DNA from: Halocafeteria seosinensis
Taxonomy: Eukaryota
Length of the DNA stretch: 64,000 nt
NCBI GenBank assembly: GCA_001687465.1
Contig: LVLI01000173.1
Coordinates: forward strand, 1 to 64,000
Reading direction: 5' to 3'
The number at the start of each line of letters is the position of its first letter. The stretch's first letter is position 1. Below the pieces are notes generated by a model that saw nothing but the letters and a program-made list of their open reading frames with translations, made no database searches and was not told where the DNA came from. Made by a program: the position numbers and the translations under genes. Shown piece by piece: positions 26,690 to 38,400 of the stretch.

Positions 26690-27820
26690 CACACACACAA
26701 ATGTGACAGATAGCCCACCGGCCGGGGAATTGACCGCATCCTCTTAACGAGGAGCGGTATACGCCCGTGTTAAGCAGCGACGGGCCCGCTGTTCCTGCAG
26801 CCTTGCTGACATGCGCCGTGAGGGAACACAACACTGGTTTTGCTCAGGAGGCATCGGAGGAGGAGCCATGCCTGCGCCCACGATGTCAGGGGTACCGTCA
26901 AGGCTCAGTCGGGCACAGCGATGCCGACGCCAGGACCGGTTGCCGCAGTGCAGGCAGGATTAAGTGTTGGTCCAGACGCAACAGTTATGACCAATGACAA
27001 GCCACCACCTGACGCGGGAGGTGGCTGCCCAGGAGTTCCGTCCACCTCAGTTTCGTCAACATAGCCCAGATTGAAGTACATCTCCTGCTCGAGGTCGAAG
27101 AAGGTGCGGCTGCCCAGGTCTTTCTGAAGCCACGAAACCGGTTCCCACGTCCGTGCTGCCTCTGGGTAGCCCTTCCAGTGGACGAGGATCCGCTTGTCGT
27201 GGAGCCTGAAGTCGATAAACCTCTCGATATCATCTACCGTGTGCGTAGCTCTAGGCGGCCAGTGACTAGTCTAAGCAAGAGGAACCACTACCCATCGGGT
27301 TGTTTGACGCGGTCTTAGCCAAGCGGTCGGCAGCCGAGTTTGAAGCCCTGCGTATGAACCTAATCTCTGCGCTCCTCACCATTGGGAGGTTCTTAAGGTT
27401 GAACCATTCAGTCCGTGCCCCCTCGAAGAGCGGGATGAGCTTGTCCTTGCGACACTGGGCTTCGCCATTCATGTGATCCACCATCGTTTGTGAGTCGCAT
27501 TCCATGCGGACGTCCACCGGGGCTGGTAACTCACTTGGGGATGCGTCAAGCGCATCAAAGACCAGTTTCAATCCCAGCAGCAGGCCTTCGTATTCGGCTT
27601 CGTTGTTAGTCTTGTGTGGCCCTGCGTACTGGAATAAGCCATTGACACTTCTGGTATCTAGGAACCTTGTAAGTAAACGTACTGGCTTGAGAGGCCTAAC
27701 TGGAGTTTAGTACCAGCTGCTCAACCCTGTAGCATACAGCCCCAGCTCCCGCGTGCCCTGGGTTGCCCTTGGAAGCGCCATCGGTCTGGCAAAGTAGGCC
27801 TTCGAAGGCATCCGTAACAC
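26690..27820 (-). mobile_element. 3' part of a Ty3/gypsy (chromovirus-like) retrotransposon relic: aRNH, chromodomain, putative PPT and LTR start
   Basis: QTDGASKGNPGHAGAGAV, TNNEAEYEGLLLGL, ECDSQ, IRRASNSAADRLA; then RILVHWKGYPEAARTWEP; then RRMSARL...*; then GAGGATGCGGTC...GGTGGGCTATC|TGTCAC. Contains stops and frameshifts. Confidence 0.75.
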
Positions 27821-28125
27821 ACACGCACTAGCTATTTACGCCAGGAACTGTGTTCCTTAGGACCTTAGGTTGCATAGGTGCATGCGGTGAGACTCAGACC
27901 CGCCGGTGACATTGTAGTCTGACGTATCGTTTATATTATTATGGGCTAAGTACCAAAGTAGAAGTAGAACTACATGTAGTTTCGGCGAGTTGTCAACTCG
28001 CTCGGCAACTGTGGAGTTGGATTGGTACAGGTAACATCAAGTTGCTAATGCACGTGTACGTAAAATGGGATAACTGGAGTTAGCTTTTGTTTTTTCTAAT
28101 ACATAGTCTTCCTTTACGGTACACA

Positions 28126-28615
28126 ATGGCCAGCGAAACAAGTATGCCCGCGGGAAGTGCCCATGCGTCATGTACGCCATGTCGGGTACGTGATTCCACG
28201 CTGTATATGTATCAATAATACGCCTCGGAAGCACCTCCGCGCGGCACTGCTCCAAGCCGGAGGGGTTATAGGCTATGTCAAAAGCAAAAGTGTACCAAGC
28301 TTGGTAGCTGGATTGAGTTTTGCTGGGATCTTCGCCGCCAGCGGAGGCATGGTTGATACAGGGTACTGCAAATACGGACATCAGCTCGCTTTCGCTGAGA
28401 GGTACGGTCGGTATCACAATGCTTGAAGAGTTGACACATCGACCGAATGAAGACGTAAATTCTCCGCAGTGCTGCTCTGTTGGCGACTATGGCCCTCGAT
28501 TCCTGAAGACCAAGCACCAAGAAAGTGATGCCCGCTGTGCTCTTGACAGGAATTAGGGGCTCTGAGCGGCGCATACCAAGGCCAGAAAGCGATGGAGTGG
28601 ATGGACAGCGAATAA
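28126..28615 (+). pseudogene. TMEM14-family gene, apparently frameshifted
   Basis: GGVIGYVKSKSVPSLVAGL is intact; M(G)PRFLKTK/KVMPA is interrupted by a 1-nt loss and a 7-nt CACCAAG duplication. Confidence 0.65.
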
Positions 28616-28831
28616 GGAATTGATTTTTAGGAAGCTACAGAAGGAAAATACCATGGTCGAAGCGAACGTCCCCGTTCATTCTCATTCAACTTCCCTACTC
28701 TGTTCACTGAGTTCGCGATTGGGAGCTGTGCGAATACGCTTTGCCAGGATTTCCATGTCAGTATGCAAGCAAGTGACATTTATGACGGAAGCATGTACAG
28801 AGTCTCAACCTCTGTAACAATTGAGCACAAA

Positions 28832-30438
28832 CTACTTGGCAGGGCCGAAGAGCTTTCCATGCATGCTTTCCACTGGTAGTGTTCGACGTTTCATTTCCAC
28901 CCATCCTTTGATGAGATGATGTGCGACCGCAAATGGTCCTGGGATCGACCATTGGGCTTCGTCCTTGTCCGGTAGTCCCGTTGAATCCTTGCTTCTCTGT
29001 ACCATCTGTTCAGCGTCTTTCCAATCGATCCATTTCGCCAATTCTATCTCACTAGGGGATTCCACTATACTACAGCTGCTTGCTTTTCCGATACATCCAA
29101 TCATTACTGCAACGTTGCAGAAAATAGCAATGAGATGGGAAACGCAACACCAATTGTTTAGTGTTCGCTTACGTTGCCCAAAAGCCGCTCCCCTTGGTAA
29201 AGGCCAAGGCTGCGAAGAATAGTACTGCACTGTATTCACCGCAATTCCAGCCTCTTCTTCCACTTCCCGCCGCACCGCATCCTCGAGTGTTTCTCCTGGT
29301 TCTACGAATCCCGCAAGACAAGAGATGAATCCTTTTGGATGTTTGTGTCCTCTTCCAAGCAAAATCTTATCTGAGAAGCGTGTAATACGTGGCAACCGAG
29401 CTTGGCTAGACGCGCAGAATCCATAGAGACGTACCCTCACTGGGATGTTCAACAGCCATGATGACAACTGGGTCCGTTCGAGGATATAACGGAATATCAG
29501 TTAAGCTTTTTCGTTTTGTTCCTGCAGGTTAAGCGCACAACGATAGAGTGCCCAAACCTAACGACTATCAACAAACACATTATCGCTTACCTCCTTCCAG
29601 CAATACTGTTCGGCTCCCATCATGGCCACAATATCTAGATTGAGCGTGCCACGCTAGAAACCCTCGAGACTGCAAGAAGACTAGGATTCCAGACGTTGGT
29701 GCTGCAACGCATGTCTCCCAGAGTTGTCTTACTGACCATACTGAAAACTGCTAAATCGTGCTGCTGCTCTTCAGTGGTAGCTTTGACTAGAAACTTCCTA
29801 CCTTCCACAAACGAAGCATGATCACTTATCGAAATGCCATATCGTTTCAAGTTCTCAAACACCCATTCCTCGGATATCTTTGTTCCATCTGCGTGAAACC
29901 GAGAACTCAATTCCACAGCAATTACTGGGTGGCCTCGCTTCACCTGCCTGTATTATAGATTAGATCATTTTGTGCGAGATGGCAACTCTTCTTTTCAAGA
30001 GACTTACTTCCCAAGGACCACGAAGTCCATCGCAGCTGGGTCATTTTCTTTGAGCAGTTCGCTGATCCCCAGACTCTCCAACGTCTGCTTCGCCGGTAAG
30101 TAAGCCAAGTGCACCGACCCTCCGGCTTCCTTCGAGCTGACCGCCAAAGGTTTCAAATTGTTGAACAAGAGGACTTCCGCATCTTGTGAGTCATCAAAGA
30201 GACTGGAAAAGAACCTTAGTTCCTTACGTTGTCCAGCACCTTGTCTATCAATGGCATTATGCGATCCACTGAATGGGATCGTAGGACCTCCAGGGAGAGA
30301 TGACGCCATAGCTGCCTGGGATTGACTGTAGTGTGTGAGTGTTCGATGGAACTGTCTTGAGGGACGTGAATTCAACTGAAAAATTCTTGAGATGTTCCGT
30401 GGGAACTGCAATCTATGACGTGGTGGCAGGCACGACAT
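28832..30438 (-). CDS. NUDT12: NADH pyrophosphatase / NAD-cap decapping Nudix hydrolase (NudC/NUDT12-like), multi-exon
   Basis: YPRTDPVVIM, Nudix box AGFVEPGETLEDAVRREVEEEAG and the SQPWP signature; transit-peptide-like N-terminus. Confidence 0.88.
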
Positions 30439-30751
30439 GAGGGCAAAAGACCTGGATTATTTGGGCCACGGAAGGTGATGCATCGAGTCGTTTTGTGATA
30501 CACCACTATACTACAGGATTAATGATGTTATTGGAGGTATGGTCAAATCGCCATTTGATTGGTATACTACCAAAAGCTAATAGTATCAGTATAATACTAC
30601 AAGTAAGTTACCAACCACTACCCCGTGGATGCGTCAACTTCAATGGCGCCTCCCAAGAACCCTATCCGGTTCGTCATGTGATATTTTGAATGTTTGGGAG
30701 AAGAAGTCTAGCAAGTAACGGAAGATACCGTCGACGGCCACAATTTCAACA

Positions 30752-32190
30752 TCATTGTTCGTCGTCGTCGTCATCCTCATCCGATTGGTTAGCGCGCTCA
30801 TCGTTGCCTAGTTCTTCAGCCACTTCATCCATGACCTCTTTCTTGTCTTCTGGGGCCCCACTATCGCTAGGTGCGCCAGAGAAATCCCAGGTAGTACCAG
30901 GCACACATTCTTCCTCTGTGGGGAATGTAATCGTGTATGCAGAGTAACCGGTCGGTTTTTCCTTCAGGGTCGCTGCGTTGTCGTTGCTAACAGTAGGAAT
31001 CTGAACAAAGAACAACCAAACACAGCATGATATACTAGCCATAACACGGATGACATAATGAATACGCAATACGTACAATAGGTAAAAACTCATCTCTAAA
31101 CCGTTCTAACTTAGGAGCTCCGCGAATGAACTTGTCCTGGAGCAGTTCGCGAGCGGATGGTCTGTTGGAGGCATCCTTCACCAGACATCGCGCAACGAAG
31201 TTTTTGAATCTGGAACTGAACTTCGGAGTATTTTTGCCCGATGGTGTTTCGTAACTCTCTAATGTCGGTGGAGCTTCGCGTATAGTCTTTATCAACACTT
31301 GCATCGGAGCATACTTGCTGTACGGCGCGTACCCGCGCGCCAGTTCAAAAGCGGTAATACCCAGTGACCAGATATCTGCTTTCTCGTTATATCCTTTACT
31401 CTGCTCCATCACCTCGGGAGCCATCCAACAAGGAGTCCCAACAAATGTATCCCGTTCTCCATCTTTTCGAGCGGTACCATCATTCAGCCATCCCGCGACT
31501 CCAAAGTCTCCCAGCTGGATGCTGCCTGATGAGCTAACAAGTATGTTGCCTGCTTTCACGTCCCTGTGTATCTGTTTACTCTCGTGCAAGTATTCGAGGC
31601 CTTGTAGAGTTTCCTTCAAAATTACTTGAATCCATTCTTCCTGGAATAACAACAAATACTTATGAAAAGCCAGGGAAAGATTATTTCTTAATATGCATAT
31701 GCGCACATACAGCCAAGCCTTCATGTTCGTCGATCTTCTTGAGTTTCCGAAGCGAACGAAGCATGTAAAAACACGAGCCTGTTCAAAACGAAACAAGTAG
31801 AAGAGCAATCAAACTTGGGAGACCAATTTGCACACAAAATTCAAACGAACAGAACTCACCTTTATCCATCAAAGGCATCACCAGCCACAAAAAGGTGTCC
31901 ACAACAAAGCAACAGTGCAGTTCGAGCACATTTTTGTGACGGCACATTTTCATTGTGCGAACCTCAGCTTGAATGTCTTCCATTGCCGTGTTGAGTTTCT
32001 CGAGCGAAATTATCTTAACTGCTACCCAGGCATCCTTCTTTTCGCATCGCGCCTTCCACACTTTGGCAAACGCACCTTGGCCAATCTCATCTTTGAGGTC
32101 ATACTCCTTGGGGTCGGTCGGCCATGTATTGCCCGGGCTAGCTGTATGCACTGCTGGGGGATTTTGCTGTGGATCCGGAGAAGCTGCCAT
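30752..32190 (-). CDS. STE20-family Ser/Thr kinase, OSR1/SPAK(Fray)-like, multi-exon
   Basis: WPTDPKEYDL, IGQGAFAKV, HRDVKAGNIL, DFG, TFVGTPCWMAPEVMEQ, ELARGYAPYSKYAPMQVL. Confidence 0.92.
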
Positions 32191-32825
32191 CTTGTTCTCC
32201 AGAGTTCTAGAGCCTGTATAATGCTTGAGAATCCGTGAATTTGACACAATACCTAGGCTTGCCAAGAGCTATTCGTGCCTAGAACGTCATGTTAGCGCCA
32301 CGTCTGTTCAATCCAGTGATCCATATATCAGTACCAATGCCTAAACGAAGCTAAACCGCTATCGTGGGGTGTATACGTCCGTGCATACACTATATTTATG
32401 GTAAACCGCGGCGTGGCCACACGGAAGGAAAACAACACGGGAGATCTAAGAGAAACAAAAAAGGTCTGGAAAATGGAACGCCTTCAACTTGACGACCCTC
32501 CCACTCTATCGCGCTATCACACTCCAGTCTCGATCTCCTTGTTGCCAACGAGTACCAAGACACGACATTGGTTAGTTTCTGCCTTCGATGCGATTGACTT
32601 GTGGTAGAATGATACCTGCATAAAGAAGCAATAGCTTGGGAAGGGGACAGATGCGGAAAGTCTTGTACTTCCCGTATTTTCACTTCGGGAAGTTTGTGAA
32701 GATGGCGATGCCCTTTAAAATACAAAGACGTGTATACGCCAGTATGTACTCCGATTCGTTGCTGGATAGTTAGATGATTGTGTTATTCAGTAGTTCTTGT
32801 TGGTTGTGGGGCGAGCGGAAGAACC

Positions 32826-33905
32826 ATGTCGAGGAAAAAAGAAGCTGACAAGGAGCCAGGCGCTGCAGGAGATGAAGCTGATGTGCATATTCCTGTGTCC
32901 ACGGGCACATATGAAGAGCGGCAAGTGTTTGCTAAGGAGAAACATAAGCAGTACATTCTGTCCTTGGACTCGGAGGAGATGAAAACCACCCTGGAATACG
33001 CGTACATTGAGCATCTACGCATCAGTGGGATCTATTGGAGTGTAGCGGCGATGCATTTGATGGGGACCGAGGAGGACATGGATACGGATTACATTGTCGA
33101 TTGGGTCATGAAGTGTTACCAACCCGATGTTGGAGGTTTTGGTGGGAACTTACTGCATGATCCTCATTTGCTGTATACACTGAGCGCTGTTCAGATTCTG
33201 GCATTATGTGATCAACTAGATAAAATTGATGCAGATAGAGTCTCCGATTATGTAGCCTCCTTGCAACAAGAGGATGGGTCCTTTGTAGGAGATCATTGGG
33301 GAGAAGTGGACACGCGCTTCTCGTACTGCGCCTTGAACTGTTGTGCTCTGTTGGGGAAATTGGACAAACTTGATGTTAAGAAAGCCACTGACTTTGTAGC
33401 ACGGTGTATGAATTTCGATGGTGGCTTTGGTGTTGTTCCGGGAGGAGAGTCCCATGCTGGACAAATATTTTGCTGTGTTGCAGCCTTGTCCATAGGCAAA
33501 GCTGTGCATCGCATAGACGCCGACTTGCTCGGCTGGTGGCTTTGCGAGCGCCAGTGTGATTCTGGAGGACTAAATGGACGTCCAGAGAAACAGTCAGATG
33601 TTTGCTACTCTTGGTGGGTCCTTTCCAGTTTATGCATGCTCCAACGAAGTCACTGGATAGACAAGCAAGCGCTTATAAAGTTTATTCTGGAATGCCAAGA
33701 CATCTGCGATGGTGGTATTTCAGATAGACCGCAGAATATAGTTGATGTTTTTCATACATTTTTTGGTATATGTGGCCTCTGCATGCTGAATCATTTTGAT
33801 GATACGGGAAAGCCTTATAGACAAGTTGATCCGGTGTATGCATTGCCCAAAGATCTGGTTAGAAAACTAAATTTGCCTGTCGAAGAAATACCACCTCCTT
33901 GTTAA
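32826..33905 (+). CDS. RABGGTB: Rab geranylgeranyltransferase beta subunit
   Basis: EHLRISGIYW, HDPHLLYTLSAVQIL, WGEVDTRFSY, ESHAGQIFCC, GGLNGRPEKQSDVCYSWW. Confidence 0.96.
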   Translation: MSRKKEADKEPGAAGDEADVHIPVSTGTYEERQVFAKEKHKQYILSLDSEEMKTTLEYAYIEHLRISGIYWSVAAMHLMGTEEDMDTDYIVDWVMKCYQPDVGGFGGNLLHDPHLLYTLSAVQILALCDQLDKIDADRVSDYVASLQQEDGSFVGDHWGEVDTRFSYCALNCCALLGKLDKLDVKKATDFVARCMNFDGGFGVVPGGESHAGQIFCCVAALSIGKAVHRIDADLLGWWLCERQCDSGGLNGRPEKQSDVCYSWWVLSSLCMLQRSHWIDKQALIKFILECQDICDGGISDRPQNIVDVFHTFFGICGLCMLNHFDDTGKPYRQVDPVYALPKDLVRKLNLPVEEIPPPC

Positions 33906-34849
33906 GTGTACAGATTGGGTGAAACGGGAGTGAGCACCCCGTCTTCTACTGAACTGCTAACTTGGAATTGCAGCATTGCTTCTGCGACTCCAACGAAGAA
34001 CAACCCGAGGGGGTGGATGCAGGGTGGATGCATAAAAACGGATGGTCAGTTGAGGAAACTAAACTTGTCGAACTTGTCTATGAAGTGTTTTTTGGTTCTG
34101 TACATATCATCTCTTTAAATGCTCGGTTCTGGAAATCAATGTCCTCTAACCACGAGTCGTGACCAAGGGTACAGCACCGCGACGGGATTGCTCAAGCGGG
34201 ATTTCGCAGCAGCCAACATATGACGACCCACAGAGACCATGATGATAAGATCGAACTCTATCTGCACGTCCTTCTTCGCTTAGGCGTCTTAGGGGAGTAC
34301 TGGCCGAGCCAACGTCCGACGGGAAGAATGAAACAGTTCCATTGAATGCAAGCGTTTCATAGAATGTTGTCTTAAGGGTGTAGCACTGGTACAACTGAAC
34401 AAGATCCTCTCGTTGTTTCTTTCCTCCCTGTTTTATAGCTCTCTTCAACGTGAACTCCCACAGGTTGTGCCACTCAACAGAACGCCTGTAGATCACACTG
34501 TCCCGCAGCTGGCCTTAATTAAGGCATTAACAAAGCAGCTTTCCATGAAGTCTTGGTGTTGTTTCACGGAGGGTTAGTCTCGGAAGGTGGCTTCCATATC
34601 CAGGAAAAAACAATCGGCGTCATTTAATCAACTTGTAACTCTCCCTGCTTGCTCCAGTAGCGTGTTTCGTATTGCGGCAGTGTTCTCACTTGGTTGCTGC
34701 AAAACTGGAGGCTCGATGCAGCGGAGTGAATACCAATTGACGTACAGCAAAACATTGAAAAGTTGGAGGCAAATCTGGAAACCAACAAGTAGTGCTCGCA
34801 TACTGTGTATTTTCCCTGGAGACATCTTGGAAAGTCGTTCACGCGTATG

Positions 34850-35415
34850 TGGATCTCTCCTGAGTGGATGCGAATACCAAGATGTTACAGAATTTGATGC
34901 TTCGCTCTTGAGATATCTCCCACGCGCATAGACGCAGGCTTGCTGTAGCTCGCCACTCTCTCTGCTCGCGGTACTCTACGATCTGCGAAAACAATGAAAG
35001 GGCGCCCTGCTCGTCCCCAAACCAAGCAATCCCAACAGTACATTGATGATACCTAGGACCGATCTCGAGGAAAAGAACCGTTCCAGTATTTCGAGTGGGC
35101 GAACCACTTGATTCCCACTATGAACTTTACATAGAGGTGCCAACGATGGGCCATGGTCCTCACTGCATATCCAAGACTGATGCTCCCAACTGGTAACCTG
35201 TTGTCCCAAGTGGCTTTGGCAACATCTCTTGACCTGGTACTCTCCTTCAACAACGGATCTTGAAAACCCGGCTAGAAACCGAACATCTGGATTATGATCG
35301 GTCCCAAACGCGTTGATCTGGCTAGAGGGAGAACGGCCACCGAAGAGACCGCGGACGTCGCCACCATGTTATGCCCGTGAATGATGTGAAGCTTGTCCTG
35401 CTGCTCATACCGGTA
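34850..35415 (-). pseudogene. Decayed second adenosine-deaminase-like domain downstream of the stop of the 35416-39701 gene
   Basis: FLAGFSRSVV, WEHQ...GPSLAPL, VVRPLEIL, WFGDEQG/PFIVFA and LGIRIHSGE parallel FLGGFSRSIV, WEHQ...GPSLASL, VTRPLEVL, YFGDEQGHPFIVFA and FGIRIHGAE of the first domain; frameshifts and a stop are present. Confidence 0.8.
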
Positions 35416-38400
35416 TCACTCGACTTTCCTTCTTTTTGCGCTGTATGTTTCCCGATGATAATCAAGGGGTCCGACAGAAAGGATAAACATCAATTCAACT
35501 GGATCAAGACGTGTCACAGGATTATCTCCCCGGAGGGCATAATACCCGTACAAGCGAAGGAGGTATTTGTGGCTTTGCCTGTTTTCGTCCTTAGCTTTCT
35601 GCAGAGCGTACGGCCACAACGCGTGCCACGCAGTATGCGGTTTGGGAGACCACGCGTAGCGAACACTTTCATACAGTTGTCTATTCGAAACGCATTCTTC
35701 AAGCAACTTCCCCAATAGATTTTCTGGTGGATTATATTGAGAAAATAGTTCAAATATCGTCGGATTCCCGGTGAGTTGTGAGTCCATATATTGAAAAAAG
35801 CAGTCAGCGGAGTAAAAGCTGTCCACTGACTCTGCCCGAGCCGCTAGTTTTTGCAAGACAGTTTGCTGCTCATTTGGGTCACGAAGATTAGCCAGGGCTG
35901 CGCACTCCGGAGCAAGAGGGGGATGAAAGCATTTTGACAACCCCAGCAGATACGAGTAGTTGTCATTCGAGTGGCTCCTGTCCGGGACAGGTCTACACAA
36001 GGTAGAGTCCAGATCCAAGTTTTTTGAAAGTGTCGATGGGTGCTCCGTGCTCAAGGGAAGCATCTCCGTTACTTTGAACTTTGACTTTGCGTCGGCGATC
36101 CAATGATTTTGATGGCCTTGCCGCAGCTGGTCCAAGATATTCTGCACCAGATCTTCACCCAGTACTATCTTTATGAATTGAAACAGGATGCACTCGCTAT
36201 GACAATTTCGTAAACGAAGCAAGAAGTTGAAAACAGACCAACTATGTTGCTTCCAGGGCAACATTGGTTGGCCTATGTGGGTTTTATGGAAAATAGTATC
36301 TTTAACAATAAAGAACCGCTCAAGAAGCTGTCGCAACATTCCAGAAAATTTAAATGTTTCGCAGCACGTGCGAGGGCGAACAAAGACTTGACCCTTCCGG
36401 CTATCATACGAAGAGTCAAAAACGTCGGTATTGGATTGCGCCCGCAATAGAAGGCTCTCAAATTGCTCTAGAGATATATCCGAGCTGCTAACACTTGTTC
36501 TACCTGCAATGAGTCCACATGTTATTCCCTGGCATAGCTGACTCGGAATTTGTTTACGACAGATTGCACTGACGCCTAAAAGCTCCACCGTGACAAGAAG
36601 TTGCTCTGAGCAGTTAGCATAGTTTCTAATCCACAACGCAGCAGCCCAACTTAGGGCACTCACCAAGTTTTCTTTCGTTGCATATATCCAAATACCCTCA
36701 GTGCCCGCAGTTCCGGGATGTACAAGACGCTCCAGACCATCTGAGCTCGGACAGCTGAAGGGTAGAAGCGCCGCGGGTAACCTTTCTCTATCACCCGTAG
36801 ACTTAGGAAACCCTATGGCAAGACTTTCCAACGAACCGGGTGACGACGAAGTTTTCCCCCCTAACTGACGCAGAGAGTCACACGTTTCTAGGACACTGTT
36901 CCCACCCGAAACATCGTCGTACGGTGAAAGATGTATTCTTGAGCTGCTATCGTCCAACGAAGCCCCAAGAAGGGGGAAAAAGTGCTTACTTTTGGACACG
37001 ACAGGCTGTGACTTTCTGGGACGACGCGAGGTGTTGGGGATCTCGAGACTCTCGTTCTTCCGAATAAAACGGAATCTTCTACTGTTTTCGACAAATGCAT
37101 TCACGTCTTCATCTATGAAGCAATGCTCCGTTACAGCTTTCTCAAATTCAGCTGGTATCGAAGTAAATTCGGCCTTTGAAACGTGGTACCTAGCTAGCTC
37201 TAGGGGCCAGACACCATCGTTGTCGCAGCATAGTACAACCAATCCTCTCAGTCCCTTCGATGCAACTGGGGTACCAATTGTGCGCCAGCGGTCTCTAAGA
37301 TATCCAAGAACATGCAATTCATTAGCCCTGGGAAGCAGGTAGTGATTACTCGTCAAATTCAGCTCCAAAGGGATCTGCAGTTCTTCTAGCCATGAAAGCA
37401 GCGGTTTCTCAAACAACTCCAGCTTATCCGCTGTAACGAAAGCAACGCCGTGGCCAATGCGCACAAATGAAGGACACTCAGGCTCTCTCGAAAACCACAG
37501 AGCAGAGTGATATTCCATATTATCAATGAATTCCTTCAAATGAGAAACCAGGATGCTAATATGCCACAGAGATGAGCGGTCTTCGCTTCCAGCTATCTGA
37601 AGTTCCGCTCCATGAATTCGGATACCAAACATATTGTAGTGTCCCATCTCTGTTGCCCATTTCTCAGATTCGTCCCACGATGTACGACGTAGTCTGGCTA
37701 TCACTTCCGATACTTGAGGAGCCGCAAATACAATGAAAGGATGCCCTTGCTCGTCCCCAAAATAGTCTAGTCCAACTACGTGCTTTAAATAGACTAGTTT
37801 CTTATCGTAGGAGATAAATTTCTTCAAAACTTCTAATGGACGAGTGACTTGCTTCCAGTCATCGTCGCTTTGAAGCTCTCGTAGAGATGCAAGAGAGGGA
37901 CCTTCATCTTGATCGCACAGCAAGAGTTGATGCTCCCACGTGTTCCGTGCGATATCGTTAGATGGGATGTCGGGAAGTGCAACTATAGACCTTGAAAAGC
38001 CCCCAAGAAAACAAAATAGAACTTTATTTGATGATTTCTTTTGCCTTTCATCTTTTTGTGTTTGTGTTTGTTCTGGTTCACTAGGTTGCTCTTCTTGTGT
38101 GTACGTTTGTGACCGCTCTGGTACTTGATGTTGTGTTTGCGCTTGCTCTCGCTCTTCAGGTTGTTGTTGTGTTTGCTGTTGCTCTCGTTCTTCAGGTTTT
38201 TGCTGCTGCGTTTGCAGCCGTTCTGTCGTTGCATCCTTTCCATCTAAATCGAAGGGCTTACGGCGGCCGTCCAAGAGCAAGTGTTGAAATACCCAGGGGC
38301 GGAGAAGGTCATGGATCGATACGGATAGTTCAACGTAAAGCACCCCAGATTGACGGTAACGTTCCTGCTGCCATTTTAGCAGGAGTTGCAGAATGTACAA

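Noticed and set aside
27630..27715. Intron restoring the RNase H reading frame
   Set aside because: The frame-restoring GT-AG pair I found (85 nt) leaves a short motif spacing and is longer than the other introns counted; decay is simpler.
35416..35418. TGA readthrough, selenocysteine or an alternative genetic code (also the TGA at 54984)
   Set aside because: Intact genes here end in TAA, TAG and TGA, the sequence after 35416 is frameshifted, and the 54984 stop lies in a decayed element.
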